A stretch of DNA of 64,000 bases from Fervidobacterium sp. (GTDB lineage Bacteria > Thermotogota > Thermotogae > Thermotogales > Fervidobacteriaceae). Below, in pieces: positions 1-10,599 of the stretch. The notes under the pieces are model-generated. The model was not told the origin of the DNA and searched no databases. It saw only the letters and a list, made by a program, of their open reading frames with translations. Each line of letters begins with the position of its first letter. Within the stretch, counting starts at the first letter, position 1. A program made the position numbers and the translations under genes. The stretch lies in contig JBMFNR010000002.1 in NCBI GenBank assembly GCA_049970055.1, positions 372,406-436,405 of the forward strand, given 5' to 3'.

Positions 1-829
1 CTGAGTCTTCAGGATAGGCAACCAGATAATAATGCTGTTGAAAATCTCCATCTGACGATATAACTTTTATTAAATAAGCATTGTTCCATGTTGATTTGTA
101 AATTCCCTTGATTACTGCAATCGTTGACTTTTCTTTAAACACCTTACCTAATAGTTCTACGAATTTTTCTTCTCGTACTTTAAGTTTTGCATGAGGCATT
201 TCGTGGATACCTCCAATCAATCTTTCTACTTCTGCGTGCTTTACCTTTCGTAATTGAACTAAGTATATGTTTCTTCCATACTTTATCCATTTTCGCTCAT
301 AACGAGTTTTAATCTCCCTATCTGGATTTTCAATAAATTTTTCAACTTCAAAGTAACTTTTTTGCGTGGCTATTTCAATAGTTTGCTTTGCATACCATTC
401 AACGTCTGTTGCAAGTTCGAATACACCATTCTCAGTTAGGACATTGGAAAGGGTATCAAAGAACTCTGGTATAATTATCCTTCGTCTTTCGTGTGCTTTC
501 TTATCCCACGGAATTGGAAAATTCATTACTACCTTTTCAACGGATTTCGGCCCAAAAAACTCTCGCATTCCGAACCGCGCATCGGTTATAACTAACCTAA
601 CATTCGAAAAATCTCTGAGCCTATTGTTGGCTTTTTTCATTGAAGTTATAGCAACTTCAAAGCCTACGAAATTTTTATTCTGGTATAAAGAAGCATAAGA
701 GTGAAGGTATTCCCCGCTACCAAAGCCTATTTCAACAATTATACCGTTGTTATTTTGAAAAATTTCTGTCCAATCAAGCGGTAAATAGTCAAAATAAGCA
801 GGCTTTATTTCTTTACTGAAAAGCTCCAA
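1..829 (-). CDS. trmB: tRNA (guanine-N7)-methyltransferase TrmB (3' end runs off the window)
   Basis: Not in the ORF track. Hand translation from TTG 829 (or GTG 838) gives MELFSKEIKPAYFDYLPLDW...IVEIGFGSGEYL...FVGFEV...NFPIPWDKKAHERRR...LATDVEWYA...TRYERKW, which are TrmB motifs. Confidence 0.92.
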   Translation of the reverse strand, partial: MELFSKEIKPAYFDYLPLDWTEIFQNNNGIIVEIGFGSGEYLHSYASLYQNKNFVGFEVAITSMKKANNRLRDFSNVRLVITDARFGMREFFGPKSVEKVVMNFPIPWDKKAHERRRIIIPEFFDTLSNVLTENGVFELATDVEWYAKQTIEIATQKSYFEVEKFIENPDREIKTRYERKWIKYGRNIYLVQLRKVKHAEVERLIGGIHEMPHAKLKVREEKFVELLGKVFKEKSTIAVIKGIYKSTWNNAYLIKVISSDGDFQQHYYLVAYPEDS

Positions 830-876
830 GTTTAACACCCCTGACTTAGCTATATTTGGCTATTTTGACTGGCTTT

Positions 877-2877
877 TCATTTAAACATACTAGAAAGTTC
901 TTTGATGTATTGACCTGTTGGATAGAGTTTTTTGTACTCTTGGAAAATCCCTAAAGCATCATCTTTATTACCTAATTTGAATTTACTTACGATTTCGTAG
1001 TAGTAAACGTCTTCTTTGAAATACACATCTATCCCTTCAAGTTGATTTCTTACATACGAGAGTATTTTATTGGATTCTTCGTATTGAGCGTTGTTGTAGA
1101 ACCTAAGACCTATGAGGAAAAGTTCTCTTAAATCCTTAGTTTCTCTTATCAGTTTACCGATATCGTTCGCTGTTTGATTGTCTGATGTTGATTGAACCGT
1201 GGTAGTTTGGATACTACTTTGCTGTAAGTTTTTAATTGTAACATCTTGTGAAGTAAATTTCGAAACTTGAGCTTTAATATCCGTTATTTCTTTGGTTAAA
1301 TTAGATAGTGTATTTTCCAATTTTGATATTGATTCTTTGATGTCGCTTATCTCTTTCGAGGCAATGCTATTTTCAGATGACGTCATATTCTTCAATATTT
1401 GTTGTATCTCAGAGATATTTGCTTCCATCGATTTTAATCTGCCTTCTGCATCTACACTTGCTTGTTGGAAAGTTTGCGTATTTTGCTGCGGAATTTGTGA
1501 AATTCCTTGCAAAGCTATGTTTAATTTTTTGGAAAGCAACTCGACTTGCTCTTTGACTGTTTCTATATCTGAAGCATCAACTTTTGCACTTATTAGTTTG
1601 GATATTTGATCTTTTAGTTCAACAAGTCTTGCCTCAATACTTTCAACCTTTTCAAAGTTTTGATACGATGTCTGTGTTGAGTCTCCATCAGTTACGTATT
1701 GTTGAATTTTCAGTTTTTCAATTTCTTTTTCTATTGCAAACATTTTTTGAGATATTAACTCAAGTTTTGCAACCAAAGATAGAGTATTTTTTTTGAGTTC
1801 GTCAAATGATAAATCGTAATTTTTGCTTTGACTTTGTATTTGGATTGTACCAAAAATAGAATTTAGCTTACTAAGCATCTTCTCCATCTGAGACTTTAGC
1901 TCAGCTACTGAAGTTGAGAGATTTGAAAGTGATTGTTTGTCATAAACAATTTGACCATTTTGAATATTTTGCGTTGTTTTTGAGATGTTAATTGCTTTGA
2001 CTTCTTTTTCAAGTTGAACTATCTTATCTGCTAAGAATTTGATTTGGTCGTTAAGCACCTCGAATGTGGTATCGTTGTTTTGTACAAAAGTTGTTGTATT
2101 TTCTGAAGAGACTTTCTTGTCGACATAGTCCAAACTTGCCTTTAAAATATCGATAGATTGAACAATCTTGGCAATTTGTTGATCTGTTTTGGATGAGAAT
2201 GTTGAGAGATTTGTTGAAAGTTCATCTATTTTTTTACCAAGAATCAGTGTACTAACACTTCCAGATGTTGTCAATGAAAATATTGAAACGATAAGATTTG
2301 AAAGAACAATTACGAATAGTGTTATCAGTACAGCAGGTCCTAAGAAACTTTTAATTGCTGTTTTCATTTTGGCACGCGATAGTACAGGATGAGTTTTATC
2401 GATTTGCGAAAGTATTTCCGAAAGGTTTTTAATCTTCTTTTTATCGTTCCTCCTTATGGCAGCTAGAAGCTCCAAAGCAATAACTTCAACAACTTGAGGA
2501 TAAGACCGTTTAAGCTTTTGTATTTCAGCAACAAAGATAGGATAATTTTCCGATGTGTATTCTTTAATTACTTTCTCCAAAGCCTCACTAACGTTATCAG
2601 CATCGTTTTCAATAGTTTGAGCTACATGAAGATAAGTCTGCTGCTTATCTTTAGGTAGATAGTTGTAAATTTCTAAAGCACGCTTGTAATTTCCCGCTTG
2701 GACTTCCAGTTCAAAAAGCAAATGATTGTATTTTTCACCCAAAGATTCTAAAATGTTTCTTGCAAGGGAAAGCTCGTTGCTTGACAAAAGCATCCTTATA
2801 AGTTTTTCTACTGCCATGTTTTCATCATCTTTACCAATGCTATCTTTGTCAAACAAATTTTTGTCGTAAAAGGCCAT
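877..2877 (-). CDS. Membrane-anchored long coiled-coil protein with TPR-like ends
   Basis: 666 aa. Helical N-terminus, one hydrophobic segment (FLGPAVLITLFVIVLSNLIVSIFSL), about 350 aa of heptad-rich Q/S/K/E sequence, TPR-like C-terminus. SD GGAGG upstream. Confidence 0.7.
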   Translation of the reverse strand: MAFYDKNLFDKDSIGKDDENMAVEKLIRMLLSSNELSLARNILESLGEKYNHLLFELEVQAGNYKRALEIYNYLPKDKQQTYLHVAQTIENDADNVSEALEKVIKEYTSENYPIFVAEIQKLKRSYPQVVEVIALELLAAIRRNDKKKIKNLSEILSQIDKTHPVLSRAKMKTAIKSFLGPAVLITLFVIVLSNLIVSIFSLTTSGSVSTLILGKKIDELSTNLSTFSSKTDQQIAKIVQSIDILKASLDYVDKKVSSENTTTFVQNNDTTFEVLNDQIKFLADKIVQLEKEVKAINISKTTQNIQNGQIVYDKQSLSNLSTSVAELKSQMEKMLSKLNSIFGTIQIQSQSKNYDLSFDELKKNTLSLVAKLELISQKMFAIEKEIEKLKIQQYVTDGDSTQTSYQNFEKVESIEARLVELKDQISKLISAKVDASDIETVKEQVELLSKKLNIALQGISQIPQQNTQTFQQASVDAEGRLKSMEANISEIQQILKNMTSSENSIASKEISDIKESISKLENTLSNLTKEITDIKAQVSKFTSQDVTIKNLQQSSIQTTTVQSTSDNQTANDIGKLIRETKDLRELFLIGLRFYNNAQYEESNKILSYVRNQLEGIDVYFKEDVYYYEIVSKFKLGNKDDALGIFQEYKKLYPTGQYIKELSSMFK

Positions 2878-2913
2878 AATCTAACCCTCCATATATCTCT
2901 GTTCTGATGGGAA

Positions 2914-4425
2914 TTAAATTTTACCAAATGCCTCTGGTATTTTGTTAAGTACATCAAAGCTGCTATTGAAGCCTTCTTGTGTTATGGATTCACCAGCTAG
3001 TCCAAATACGTAAACACCTGTTTTGACTGATTCTAACACATCTAAGTGTTGTGATATGAGACCAGCGATGATGCCAGAGAGTATATCGCCACTTCCTGCT
3101 TTTGACAGTGATGTGTTGCCTGATATATTGAAAAAAGTTGAGTTCCCATCAGTTACTATAGTCGTTGCATCTTTCAATATCGTTATAACCGAATACGCCG
3201 AAGAGAACCTTTCAGCTTCTATGTAATTTTGTTTAATCTCAGAAATTGTTTTACCTGTCAACCTCGAGAATTCACCGGGATGAGGTGTTATTACAATTGT
3301 CTTATCGTACCTTTTCTCTTTCAACAGACTTAAATCTGATGATAAAATGTTCAACGCGTCCGCATCGATTATAAGAGTATTTTTAATGTCCCTGATTAGG
3401 TATCTTAAAATTGCCAATTTTTCATCTTTTTCATTTTGACCCCACCCAGGCCCAACAACAATAATTGACTTTTCTGAAGAAGTTGAGATAAGCGATTTTA
3501 TTAAATCTAAGTTAACACTATCCATTTTATAACAGATCAGAGATGGGTCGTGAGCCATAGCAGATTGACAAACTTCAGATGGAGCAATTAATTTTACCAT
3601 ACCGGCGCCTGCACGTTGAGATGCGAGGGCAGATAAAACGGGTGCACCAACGTACTCTTTTGATCCACCTATGACGATAACTTCTCCAAAGCTTTTTTTG
3701 TGAGACCAACGAGGCCTTATGGGTTTTTTCACATCACTTGTAATGAGAAATCTTTTGAATTGTCCTGATGAAAAAATCTGAGAAGGAATGCCAATTTGCG
3801 CAATTTTCAATTTTCCAGTCAGATCTCTGCCAGGGTACAAAAGGTGCCCAGGCTTTGGAAATCCAAAAGTTACCGTTAGGTAAGCCTTCACCGCTGCCCC
3901 TTGTATCTTTCCTGTATCTGTATCTACACCAGATGGTATGTCAACTGAAATGGTGCAATTTGAATATATATTCACAGCTTCTATAAGGTTTACCAATCTT
4001 TGATCTGTGATTTCTCTTTTTAAGCCTGTCCCGAAGATAGCATCTATAACTATATCGGATGAGGCTATCATTTCGATTGCTTTCTCAAGGCCTATTTCAT
4101 CGTATTTATAAATGATTCCCCCGTGTTTGAAAAATCGTGTCTGATTAAGTTTCGCAACATCTGTTTTTGGTTCATTGATTGCGATTACTCTGACAGCTTC
4201 CGTGTAGTTTAGTAAGTCCCTCGCCACTACGTAGCCATCGCCGCCGTTATTTCCAGTGCCACAGATTACTAGAAAATTCTTATCCGACAGGTTGCCGTAC
4301 TCGTTCCATATAGCCTGGACAGTTGACAAACCAGCTCGTTCCATAAGTATTTCTTCACTTATATCGAATTTTTCAATTGTTGATCTCTCAACACTTCTCA
4401 TTTCGTCAGAGGTTATCACTATCAT
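2914..4425 (-). CDS. nnr: Bifunctional NAD(P)H-hydrate epimerase/dehydratase
   Basis: LMERAG, GNNGGDG, DAIFGTG, VDIPSG, IDADAL, TPHPGEF, GSGDILSG motifs. Confidence 0.95.
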   Translation of the reverse strand: MIVITSDEMRSVERSTIEKFDISEEILMERAGLSTVQAIWNEYGNLSDKNFLVICGTGNNGGDGYVVARDLLNYTEAVRVIAINEPKTDVAKLNQTRFFKHGGIIYKYDEIGLEKAIEMIASSDIVIDAIFGTGLKREITDQRLVNLIEAVNIYSNCTISVDIPSGVDTDTGKIQGAAVKAYLTVTFGFPKPGHLLYPGRDLTGKLKIAQIGIPSQIFSSGQFKRFLITSDVKKPIRPRWSHKKSFGEVIVIGGSKEYVGAPVLSALASQRAGAGMVKLIAPSEVCQSAMAHDPSLICYKMDSVNLDLIKSLISTSSEKSIIVVGPGWGQNEKDEKLAILRYLIRDIKNTLIIDADALNILSSDLSLLKEKRYDKTIVITPHPGEFSRLTGKTISEIKQNYIEAERFSSAYSVITILKDATTIVTDGNSTFFNISGNTSLSKAGSGDILSGIIAGLISQHLDVLESVKTGVYVFGLAGESITQEGFNSSFDVLNKIPEAFGKI

Positions 4426-4429
4426 TCAA

Positions 4430-4891
4430 TCATCTCCTGTAAAGGAAGGTGTAAACAGTATAATTGGTCATTACTTTCCTAACGTACCTACTTCCAGCAT
4501 CATCCTTTATCTCTTGACTTGCATACGGTCCAGTATTATAGTGAACTAAAGCTTGGTAGAGATCATTGTCTTTTTCTATAAGGTATTTCAGGTAAATACA
4601 ACCAAGCGCAATATTTCCTTCAGGCTTTGTATAGTCGTAATTCAGATTGAATTTCTTGTTTATCCACTCTGCGGTGTCAGGCATTAGTTGCATTAATCCA
4701 TACGCTCCTGCATTTGAACGTGCTGTTTCTCTGAAGCTGCTTTCTGTTTTGATAACGCTAATAACAAGTAGAGGATCTAGATCGTTGCAGTTTTGAATAA
4801 CTGTTCCGTAATATTTCAATGGAAAATATTCCGTAAGCAAAAAAATGAAAAAAAGCAAAAAAACACTTAAAAACAAAGCTAATTGCCGCAT
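4430..4891 (-). CDS. Slt-family lytic transglycosylase
   Basis: ESSF catalytic motif, GAYGLMQLMP, YNTG, N-terminal hydrophobic anchor. Confidence 0.9.
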   Translation of the reverse strand: MRQLALFLSVFLLFFIFLLTEYFPLKYYGTVIQNCNDLDPLLVISVIKTESSFRETARSNAGAYGLMQLMPDTAEWINKKFNLNYDYTKPEGNIALGCIYLKYLIEKDNDLYQALVHYNTGPYASQEIKDDAGSRYVRKVMTNYTVYTFLYRR

Positions 4892-4998
4892 CTTCTCAAA
4901 CCTGCCTTTTACTTAATATGCCTTTTACTTAATAACTTAATTAATGATTAATCTTAATAAATTATAACACATTAAAACCTATGAAACAATACAAACGA

Positions 4999-5703
4999 TC
5001 ACAAAAAATAAAGATACCTTGCGAGTGTCAAGATATATCCACTCAGAATAATAAATGGACCAAAAGGAATGATTTTATCCTTCTTTATAACTGAAAATAT
5101 TATACCACCAATGGATGAAAGTAAAAGTAACAGAGGCATAAAGATAAATCCGGCAGAGAACGCCATAACGGGTAGTAAGAATATATCGCCTTCGCCGATT
5201 CCATTTTTATACCGGAACTTCAATAAAATCAAAATTGAAATAGTCACAACGGCACTGATAATATCTAAAGTTAATTGATCTTTAAAATAAGTCAAGTTAG
5301 CATATGTAGATACAACAAGAATAACAATCCAAGTGTAGTCCGGAAGTAGCATTTTTTTCAAGTCGGTAACAACAGCTGGCAATGAGACTGTGAATATGGC
5401 GCTCATTACTGTAGCTAAGTCTGGTGGTAGTATTAAAAAGTTTGTTGTGAAGATTATGGCGTATAGTAATTCAACCAGTGGATATCTGATGCTGATCTTT
5501 TCTTTACAATATCTACATCTGCCCTTGAGTATTACATAACTCAGTATCGGTATATTATCGTACCACTTTATCCGTCGTTTGCAATTTGGACATATTGAAA
5601 AACGGGGCTCAGTTACTTTGAGCCCCGCGATTGGACGGTATATTAAGACATTAGCAAAGCTACCTAATATGGCACCAAAGATAAAAGCTATTAAATACTT
5701 CAT
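4999..5703 (-). CDS. pilD: Prepilin peptidase (A24 family)
   Basis: GSFANVLIYR, CPNC...CRYC, GEGD, PFGPFI. Start at ATG 5703 overlaps the upstream stop codon (ATGA). Confidence 0.9.
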   Translation of the reverse strand: MKYLIAFIFGAILGSFANVLIYRPIAGLKVTEPRFSICPNCKRRIKWYDNIPILSYVILKGRCRYCKEKISIRYPLVELLYAIIFTTNFLILPPDLATVMSAIFTVSLPAVVTDLKKMLLPDYTWIVILVVSTYANLTYFKDQLTLDIISAVVTISILILLKFRYKNGIGEGDIFLLPVMAFSAGFIFMPLLLLLSSIGGIIFSVIKKDKIIPFGPFIILSGYILTLARYLYFL

Positions 5704-6779
5704 TTTATACCGCACAACTCCTTCTCACTATTTGTGAGTAACTCATCGAAGAATTCTCTTTTTCCGTACAAGTACCAGAAATTATCGTCTTTAAGTTCCT
5801 CCACAACGCGTTTAGCTTTTTCGATTTGGTTTGTTTTTATATATGCAACGGCTAATACCAAATTGAGATGTTTCGCTTCAGGTATTGAATTTATAACATT
5901 CTCAACAACAGAAATTACTTTATCGTAATTTCCTTTTTTCAAATGCACCTTTGCCCAAATTTCGATGCCGTTTGGATCTTTCTGTGGATCTATCTCCATA
6001 ATCAAAGATTCGTACTCTTTTGCTTTGTCCTCATTACCCGCTTTTCTATATAGTTCAGCAAGTTCGTAAAGTGCAATGATGCTATTTTCAGAATTTTCTC
6101 TAAATTTTTCTAATATTTCAATTGCTTTGTCAATTTTGCCCACCTTTGTGTAAGCATCTGATATCATAAAGTATGTAAAGGTATTCGATGGTGATAATGA
6201 AATTTCTTTTTCCCAATACTCAATAGCCTTTTCGTATTTCCCCATATTATAGTATGCTTCACCGATCATAGAATATGATTGGATGAGCCACGGATCAAGT
6301 TCAATGGATCTATTAAGATACTTAATAGCCCCTTCGATATCTCCTTCTTCCAGAAGCAGAGAGCCATAAAATTCGTAAGCAGGGGCGTAATTCTTATCAA
6401 GTTTTATCGCGAATTTTAATATATCCTTCGCGATGTCAGTGGCATTTTTGTCAGCATACTCGATTGCTAGTTCATAAAGCCCATCGGCAGTAGCATGAAC
6501 CATGTTTTCGGGTGTGAGCCTGTATTTCTCCAAAAATTCAGCTACTTCGGTCCAAACAACAGGTTCGTAAACAATTTCATTCAACGAGACAATGCGCTCT
6601 TCAAGTTTTTCAAGTGTTTCCACTTTTTTGTTTAGTTCCTCTACTTCCTCTAAGTCTTTCATTAGGTTTTTCCAGTCGCCAGAATAGAAAATATCTCTTA
6701 ATATAACAAGTATTGGTGTTTCCTCATCAATGTCGATAACAAAATGTTCCATGGAGCCCAAGATAAGTCTTATGATCAT
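5700..6779 (-). CDS. Tetratricopeptide-repeat protein
   Basis: Multiple TPR motifs, e.g. IGEAYYNMGKYEKAIEYWEKEISLSP. Confidence 0.85.
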   Translation of the reverse strand: MIIRLILGSMEHFVIDIDEETPILVILRDIFYSGDWKNLMKDLEEVEELNKKVETLEKLEERIVSLNEIVYEPVVWTEVAEFLEKYRLTPENMVHATADGLYELAIEYADKNATDIAKDILKFAIKLDKNYAPAYEFYGSLLLEEGDIEGAIKYLNRSIELDPWLIQSYSMIGEAYYNMGKYEKAIEYWEKEISLSPSNTFTYFMISDAYTKVGKIDKAIEILEKFRENSENSIIALYELAELYRKAGNEDKAKEYESLIMEIDPQKDPNGIEIWAKVHLKKGNYDKVISVVENVINSIPEAKHLNLVLAVAYIKTNQIEKAKRVVEELKDDNFWYLYGKREFFDELLTNSEKELCGIK

Positions 6780-6967
6780 TTAACAACACCTCCTGTTTTG
6801 TAACGTTCCATTTACATTTTACCATTTTTCTTCATAAAAGTAAATACTCCCTAAAACATTGCAATAGATAGAAATAGATAGATAAAAATGAAAGAAAGAA
6901 ACAAGTGAGAAAAATCCATTAAAATCTGAGAAAAGTCAATGACTTTAAGGTTATTCTAAGGAATCGT

Positions 6968-6977
6968 GTGATATAAT
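6968..6977 (+). promoter_or_regulatory. Extended -10 promoter of htrA
   Basis: TGATATAAT about 50 nt upstream of the GGAGGAGG RBS and ATG. Confidence 0.55.
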
Positions 6978-7028
6978 CAATAATGGAGCAAGATTTACAA
7001 ACTTAAAAAGTGGAGGAGGTGTTTATTT

Positions 7029-8393
7029 ATGAGAAAGATAGGTGTCTTATCCATGGTTGTTCTAGCACTCTTTGCGGTACTTTCCTTTGGCATAGTGAAT
7101 GCTGATTACCAAAGCCCCATCGTGAACGTTGTGAAAGCTGCCGCACCTGCTGTTGTCAAAATAGATGTAGTTACACAAACGGAATTATACGTAGATCCTT
7201 TTATCAGAGAATTTTACAAGCAGTTCTTTGGGGATATTCCAAAGCAGTTTGAGGAATCAAATAGTATTGGTTCTGGTTTCATAATTAGTAAAGAAGGATA
7301 CATAGTAACTAATTATCACGTTGTTGATGGCGCGAAGAAGATTACGGTAACTCTTTTGAATGGCGATATCTACGAGGCGCAGTACATTGGTGGCGATCAA
7401 GAGCTTGACATTGCTGTGATAAAGATCTCACCTAAGAAAGATCTACCTACGGTGGAGCTTGGTGACTCTGATAAACTCCAAATTGGAGAATGGGCAATAG
7501 CAATTGGTAACCCACTTGGGTTTCAACACACCGTGACAGTTGGCGTTATCTCAGCAACGGGCAGGAAGATTCCAAAACCGGATGGAAGTGGGTATTACAC
7601 GAATTTGATTCAAACAGACGCAGCTATTAATCCAGGTAACAGTGGAGGACCTCTGCTTAATATATACGGTCAAGTGATCGGAATCAATACGGCAATAATA
7701 AATCCGTCTCAGGCCATGAATATAGGTTTTGCTATACCTATCAATACAGCAAAGAGGTTTATAAACCAGATAATTGCAACAGGTGAGGTTGAAAAAGCGT
7801 ACCTTGGTATCTACGTTCAGACTGTAACTGATTCACTTGCAAAAAGTTTAGGGTTAAAAGTTTCGAAAGGAGTTTACGTTGCACAAGTTGAGAATGGATC
7901 GCCCGCGGAAAAAGCCGGAATAAAAGAAGGCGATGTCATTACAAAGCTTAATGGGAATTATGTTGAAGAAGCCGAAGAATTAACATCACTTGTTAGAAAT
8001 TATACACCTGGGACAAAAATAAAGATAACACTTAACAGAGCCGGTAAGGATATTACGCTCGAAGTTACATTAGGTACTCTACCAAAACAAACATCTGGTG
8101 GTAGTGCATCAGCAAAAGAATTTTTCAATCTTAAAGTTGCAAACATTACGACGGACGATAGGAATACATATAAAATTCCTGTTGGTCTTGAAGGTGTTGT
8201 TGTGAAAGAATCTCAGAATGCTTACATAAAAGTTGGCTCTGTCATTTGGAGGATATCTTTGAATGGTTATACTTACGATATAAAGGATGTGAATTCGTGG
8301 AACAAAGTTGTAGAAAATATCAAGAAGGGAGATTACATAGGTTTATTCTACTACTATAACGGTGTAAAATCGGTATTTTCATTTAGGTATTGA
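7029..8393 (+). CDS. htrA: Do/DegP/HtrA serine endopeptidase with PDZ domain
   Basis: Signal peptide, TNYHV, DIAVIK, AAINPGNSGGPL, PDZ. Confidence 0.95.
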   Translation: MRKIGVLSMVVLALFAVLSFGIVNADYQSPIVNVVKAAAPAVVKIDVVTQTELYVDPFIREFYKQFFGDIPKQFEESNSIGSGFIISKEGYIVTNYHVVDGAKKITVTLLNGDIYEAQYIGGDQELDIAVIKISPKKDLPTVELGDSDKLQIGEWAIAIGNPLGFQHTVTVGVISATGRKIPKPDGSGYYTNLIQTDAAINPGNSGGPLLNIYGQVIGINTAIINPSQAMNIGFAIPINTAKRFINQIIATGEVEKAYLGIYVQTVTDSLAKSLGLKVSKGVYVAQVENGSPAEKAGIKEGDVITKLNGNYVEEAEELTSLVRNYTPGTKIKITLNRAGKDITLEVTLGTLPKQTSGGSASAKEFFNLKVANITTDDRNTYKIPVGLEGVVVKESQNAYIKVGSVIWRISLNGYTYDIKDVNSWNKVVENIKKGDYIGLFYYYNGVKSVFSFRY

Positions 8394-8421
8394 TAGATAA
8401 CAATACACGTAACAACAAGCA

Positions 8422-8456
8422 CAAAAATCCCCGCTATTCAAAGGCGGGGATTTTTG
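8422..8456 (+). terminator. Rho-independent terminator
   Basis: caaaaatccccgc-loop-gcggggatttttg. Confidence 0.85.
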
Positions 8457-8507
8457 ATACAATTTTTCTTAGAATTTCTGTTATTCTAAAACATAGGAGG
8501 AAACACA

Positions 8508-9449
8508 ATGAAGTGTAGGAAGTGTTCTAACCATGCGGTAATACACTTAAGAGCTCATAACATTGCTCTGTGCAAAGAACATTTTATCGAGTTCTTTGAA
8601 AAAAGGGTTCAGAAAGCGATAAGCGATTTTAAGATGTTTAAAAAGGAAGACAGAGTGCTCGTTGCGATTTCAAGTGGAAAGGATAGTAGCACCGTTTTGT
8701 ATGCACTGAAAAGACTTGGCTATAATGTCGAAGGTTTATTCTTAAAGATGGGCAGACATACGAATGCTGCCGAGCGTGTTGTTAAAAAACTTGAGGAAAG
8801 TATAGGTGTTCCCATTCATATTCACGATACAACAGTGTATTTCAAAGGACTTGGCACTTCGGAAATTGCGAGTATAGTTCGCAGACCTGTCTGTAGTATA
8901 TGTGGAATTGTTAGAAGGTACTGGATGAATAGGTTTGCAGTCGAACACGGTTACGATGTTCTTGTTACAGGACATAACCTCGACGATGAGGCAACCTTTT
9001 TGTTTGGTAATATCTTAAATTGGCAGGTAGAATATTTTGCAAGACAATGGCCTGTTTTGGAAAGAACGCATGAGAAGTTTGTAAGGAAAGCAAAGCCGTT
9101 GGTATACGTTACTGAAAGAGAGACGTATGCCTACGCGTTTTTGAATAACATACCATTTATGGAGCAAAAATGTCCGTTCGCAAAAGGCGCAACGAGCTCA
9201 AGTTATAAAAAATATCTTAATCTAATAGAATACGAGCAACCTGGTGCAAAACATAGACTGCTCTTTGGTTACTTTGACAATTTAAGAAATAGCGTGTACA
9301 AAGAGCAAAAGGTAGATTTAAAAGCATGTTTTGTATGTGGTTATCCAACAACGGGGGATAAATGTCAGTATTGTAAGCTCGAAGAAAGGGTTAAAAATAC
9401 TCTTGAAAATAAAGGGGAGAAGGTTCAGATTGATGACAGGGAAGGATAA
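8508..9449 (+). CDS. ttuA: tRNA 2-thiolation protein, TtuA/TIGR00269 family
   Basis: N-terminal CxxC zinc finger, PP-loop SSGKDS, CSICG, GHNLDD, C-terminal CxxC..CxxC. Confidence 0.85.
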   Translation: MKCRKCSNHAVIHLRAHNIALCKEHFIEFFEKRVQKAISDFKMFKKEDRVLVAISSGKDSSTVLYALKRLGYNVEGLFLKMGRHTNAAERVVKKLEESIGVPIHIHDTTVYFKGLGTSEIASIVRRPVCSICGIVRRYWMNRFAVEHGYDVLVTGHNLDDEATFLFGNILNWQVEYFARQWPVLERTHEKFVRKAKPLVYVTERETYAYAFLNNIPFMEQKCPFAKGATSSSYKKYLNLIEYEQPGAKHRLLFGYFDNLRNSVYKEQKVDLKACFVCGYPTTGDKCQYCKLEERVKNTLENKGEKVQIDDREG

Positions 9450-10554
9450 ATTCAAAGGAGTAAAGATAAGAGAGAATGAATATTCATTTGGAGATTACCT
9501 GATAATTGGTTTCGTAGTATCCTTAATGGTCATAGGTATTCTAACACTCAGAAGTGTTGTCTTAGGTACATCACAAGAGTATCGATACACTAGACAAATT
9601 ATTTGGGACATCGTTGCTATTGCTGTTATGTTGTACGTAATGTTTGAAAAGGAATCGAGGATTAAGGCGTACAGTAAATATATCTATGCGATAGCAGTTA
9701 TTCTATTAATTGTTGTTTTACCCGTCGGTAAAACTGTTTATGGTGCAAGAAGATGGATAGATATTGGGCCGTTTGATCTGCAACCTTCGGAAGTCTTCAA
9801 GTTTTCCGTTGTACTTGTATTGGCTAACATTTTTTCAAAAATTAAGTCAAATGTAGTATTCTTCTACTCTCTTTTAATTATATTACCAGCAGGATTAATT
9901 TTTATGGAACCTGATTTAGGTATGACATTGATGATTATATTTATATGGTTTTCCATGCTTATAGCAAGTGAAGTTGATAGGAAGTACATTTATGGTCTTA
10001 TTGGAATTGGAATAACACTTGCTCCTGTAATATTCTTTTTTATCCTTAAAGATTACCAACGGGCACGCATACTATCGCTTTTTAACCCAGAAGAGCATTT
10101 TCAGTACGGTGCGTATAACACTGTAATGTCAAAAACAGTTATTGCAAATGGTGCAATTTTTGGCACGGGTTATGGCCTTGGGATGGGTACTAATATGCAC
10201 ATAGTTCCTATGCAGCATACAGATTTCATATTCTCTGCATTTGCCGAACAATTTGGAATGCTTGGTTCTGTAATTTTGATTTTGATTTATGGTACAATAG
10301 TGCTGATAGGATTGTCAAGAATTGGGAAATACAAAGATGACTTTTGGGAATTTACTGTTATTGGAGCTTCTTCTATCATCGTTTTCCACGTTACTGAGAA
10401 TATTGGAATGAACATTGGTATATTGCCAGTGACAGGGATACCACTGCCATTTATAAGTTATGGAGGAACATCAACAATTACATTTGGAGCGATAATTGGA
10501 TTGATAATTAAGGCAAGGCTTGTTTCAAAGCTTCCACGTCCTATAGTTATATGA
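9430..10554 (+). CDS. rodA: SEDS-family peptidoglycan glycosyltransferase RodA
   Basis: GARRWI, LQPSE, EPDLG, HTDFIF, GIPLPFISYGG. Start re-called at TTG 9430/ATG 9433. Confidence 0.88.
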   Translation: MMTGKDKFKGVKIRENEYSFGDYLIIGFVVSLMVIGILTLRSVVLGTSQEYRYTRQIIWDIVAIAVMLYVMFEKESRIKAYSKYIYAIAVILLIVVLPVGKTVYGARRWIDIGPFDLQPSEVFKFSVVLVLANIFSKIKSNVVFFYSLLIILPAGLIFMEPDLGMTLMIIFIWFSMLIASEVDRKYIYGLIGIGITLAPVIFFFILKDYQRARILSLFNPEEHFQYGAYNTVMSKTVIANGAIFGTGYGLGMGTNMHIVPMQHTDFIFSAFAEQFGMLGSVILILIYGTIVLIGLSRIGKYKDDFWEFTVIGASSIIVFHVTENIGMNIGILPVTGIPLPFISYGGTSTITFGAIIGLIIKARLVSKLPRPIVI

Positions 10555-10599
10555 TCATAGGTTTATTTGAAAAAAGCAAATTAAAAAGGTGGTGAATAT

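Noticed and set aside
6860..6905. tagata/gaaa short tandem repeats
   Set aside because: Low-complexity intergenic sequence; no constant repeat-spacer structure, so not CRISPR.
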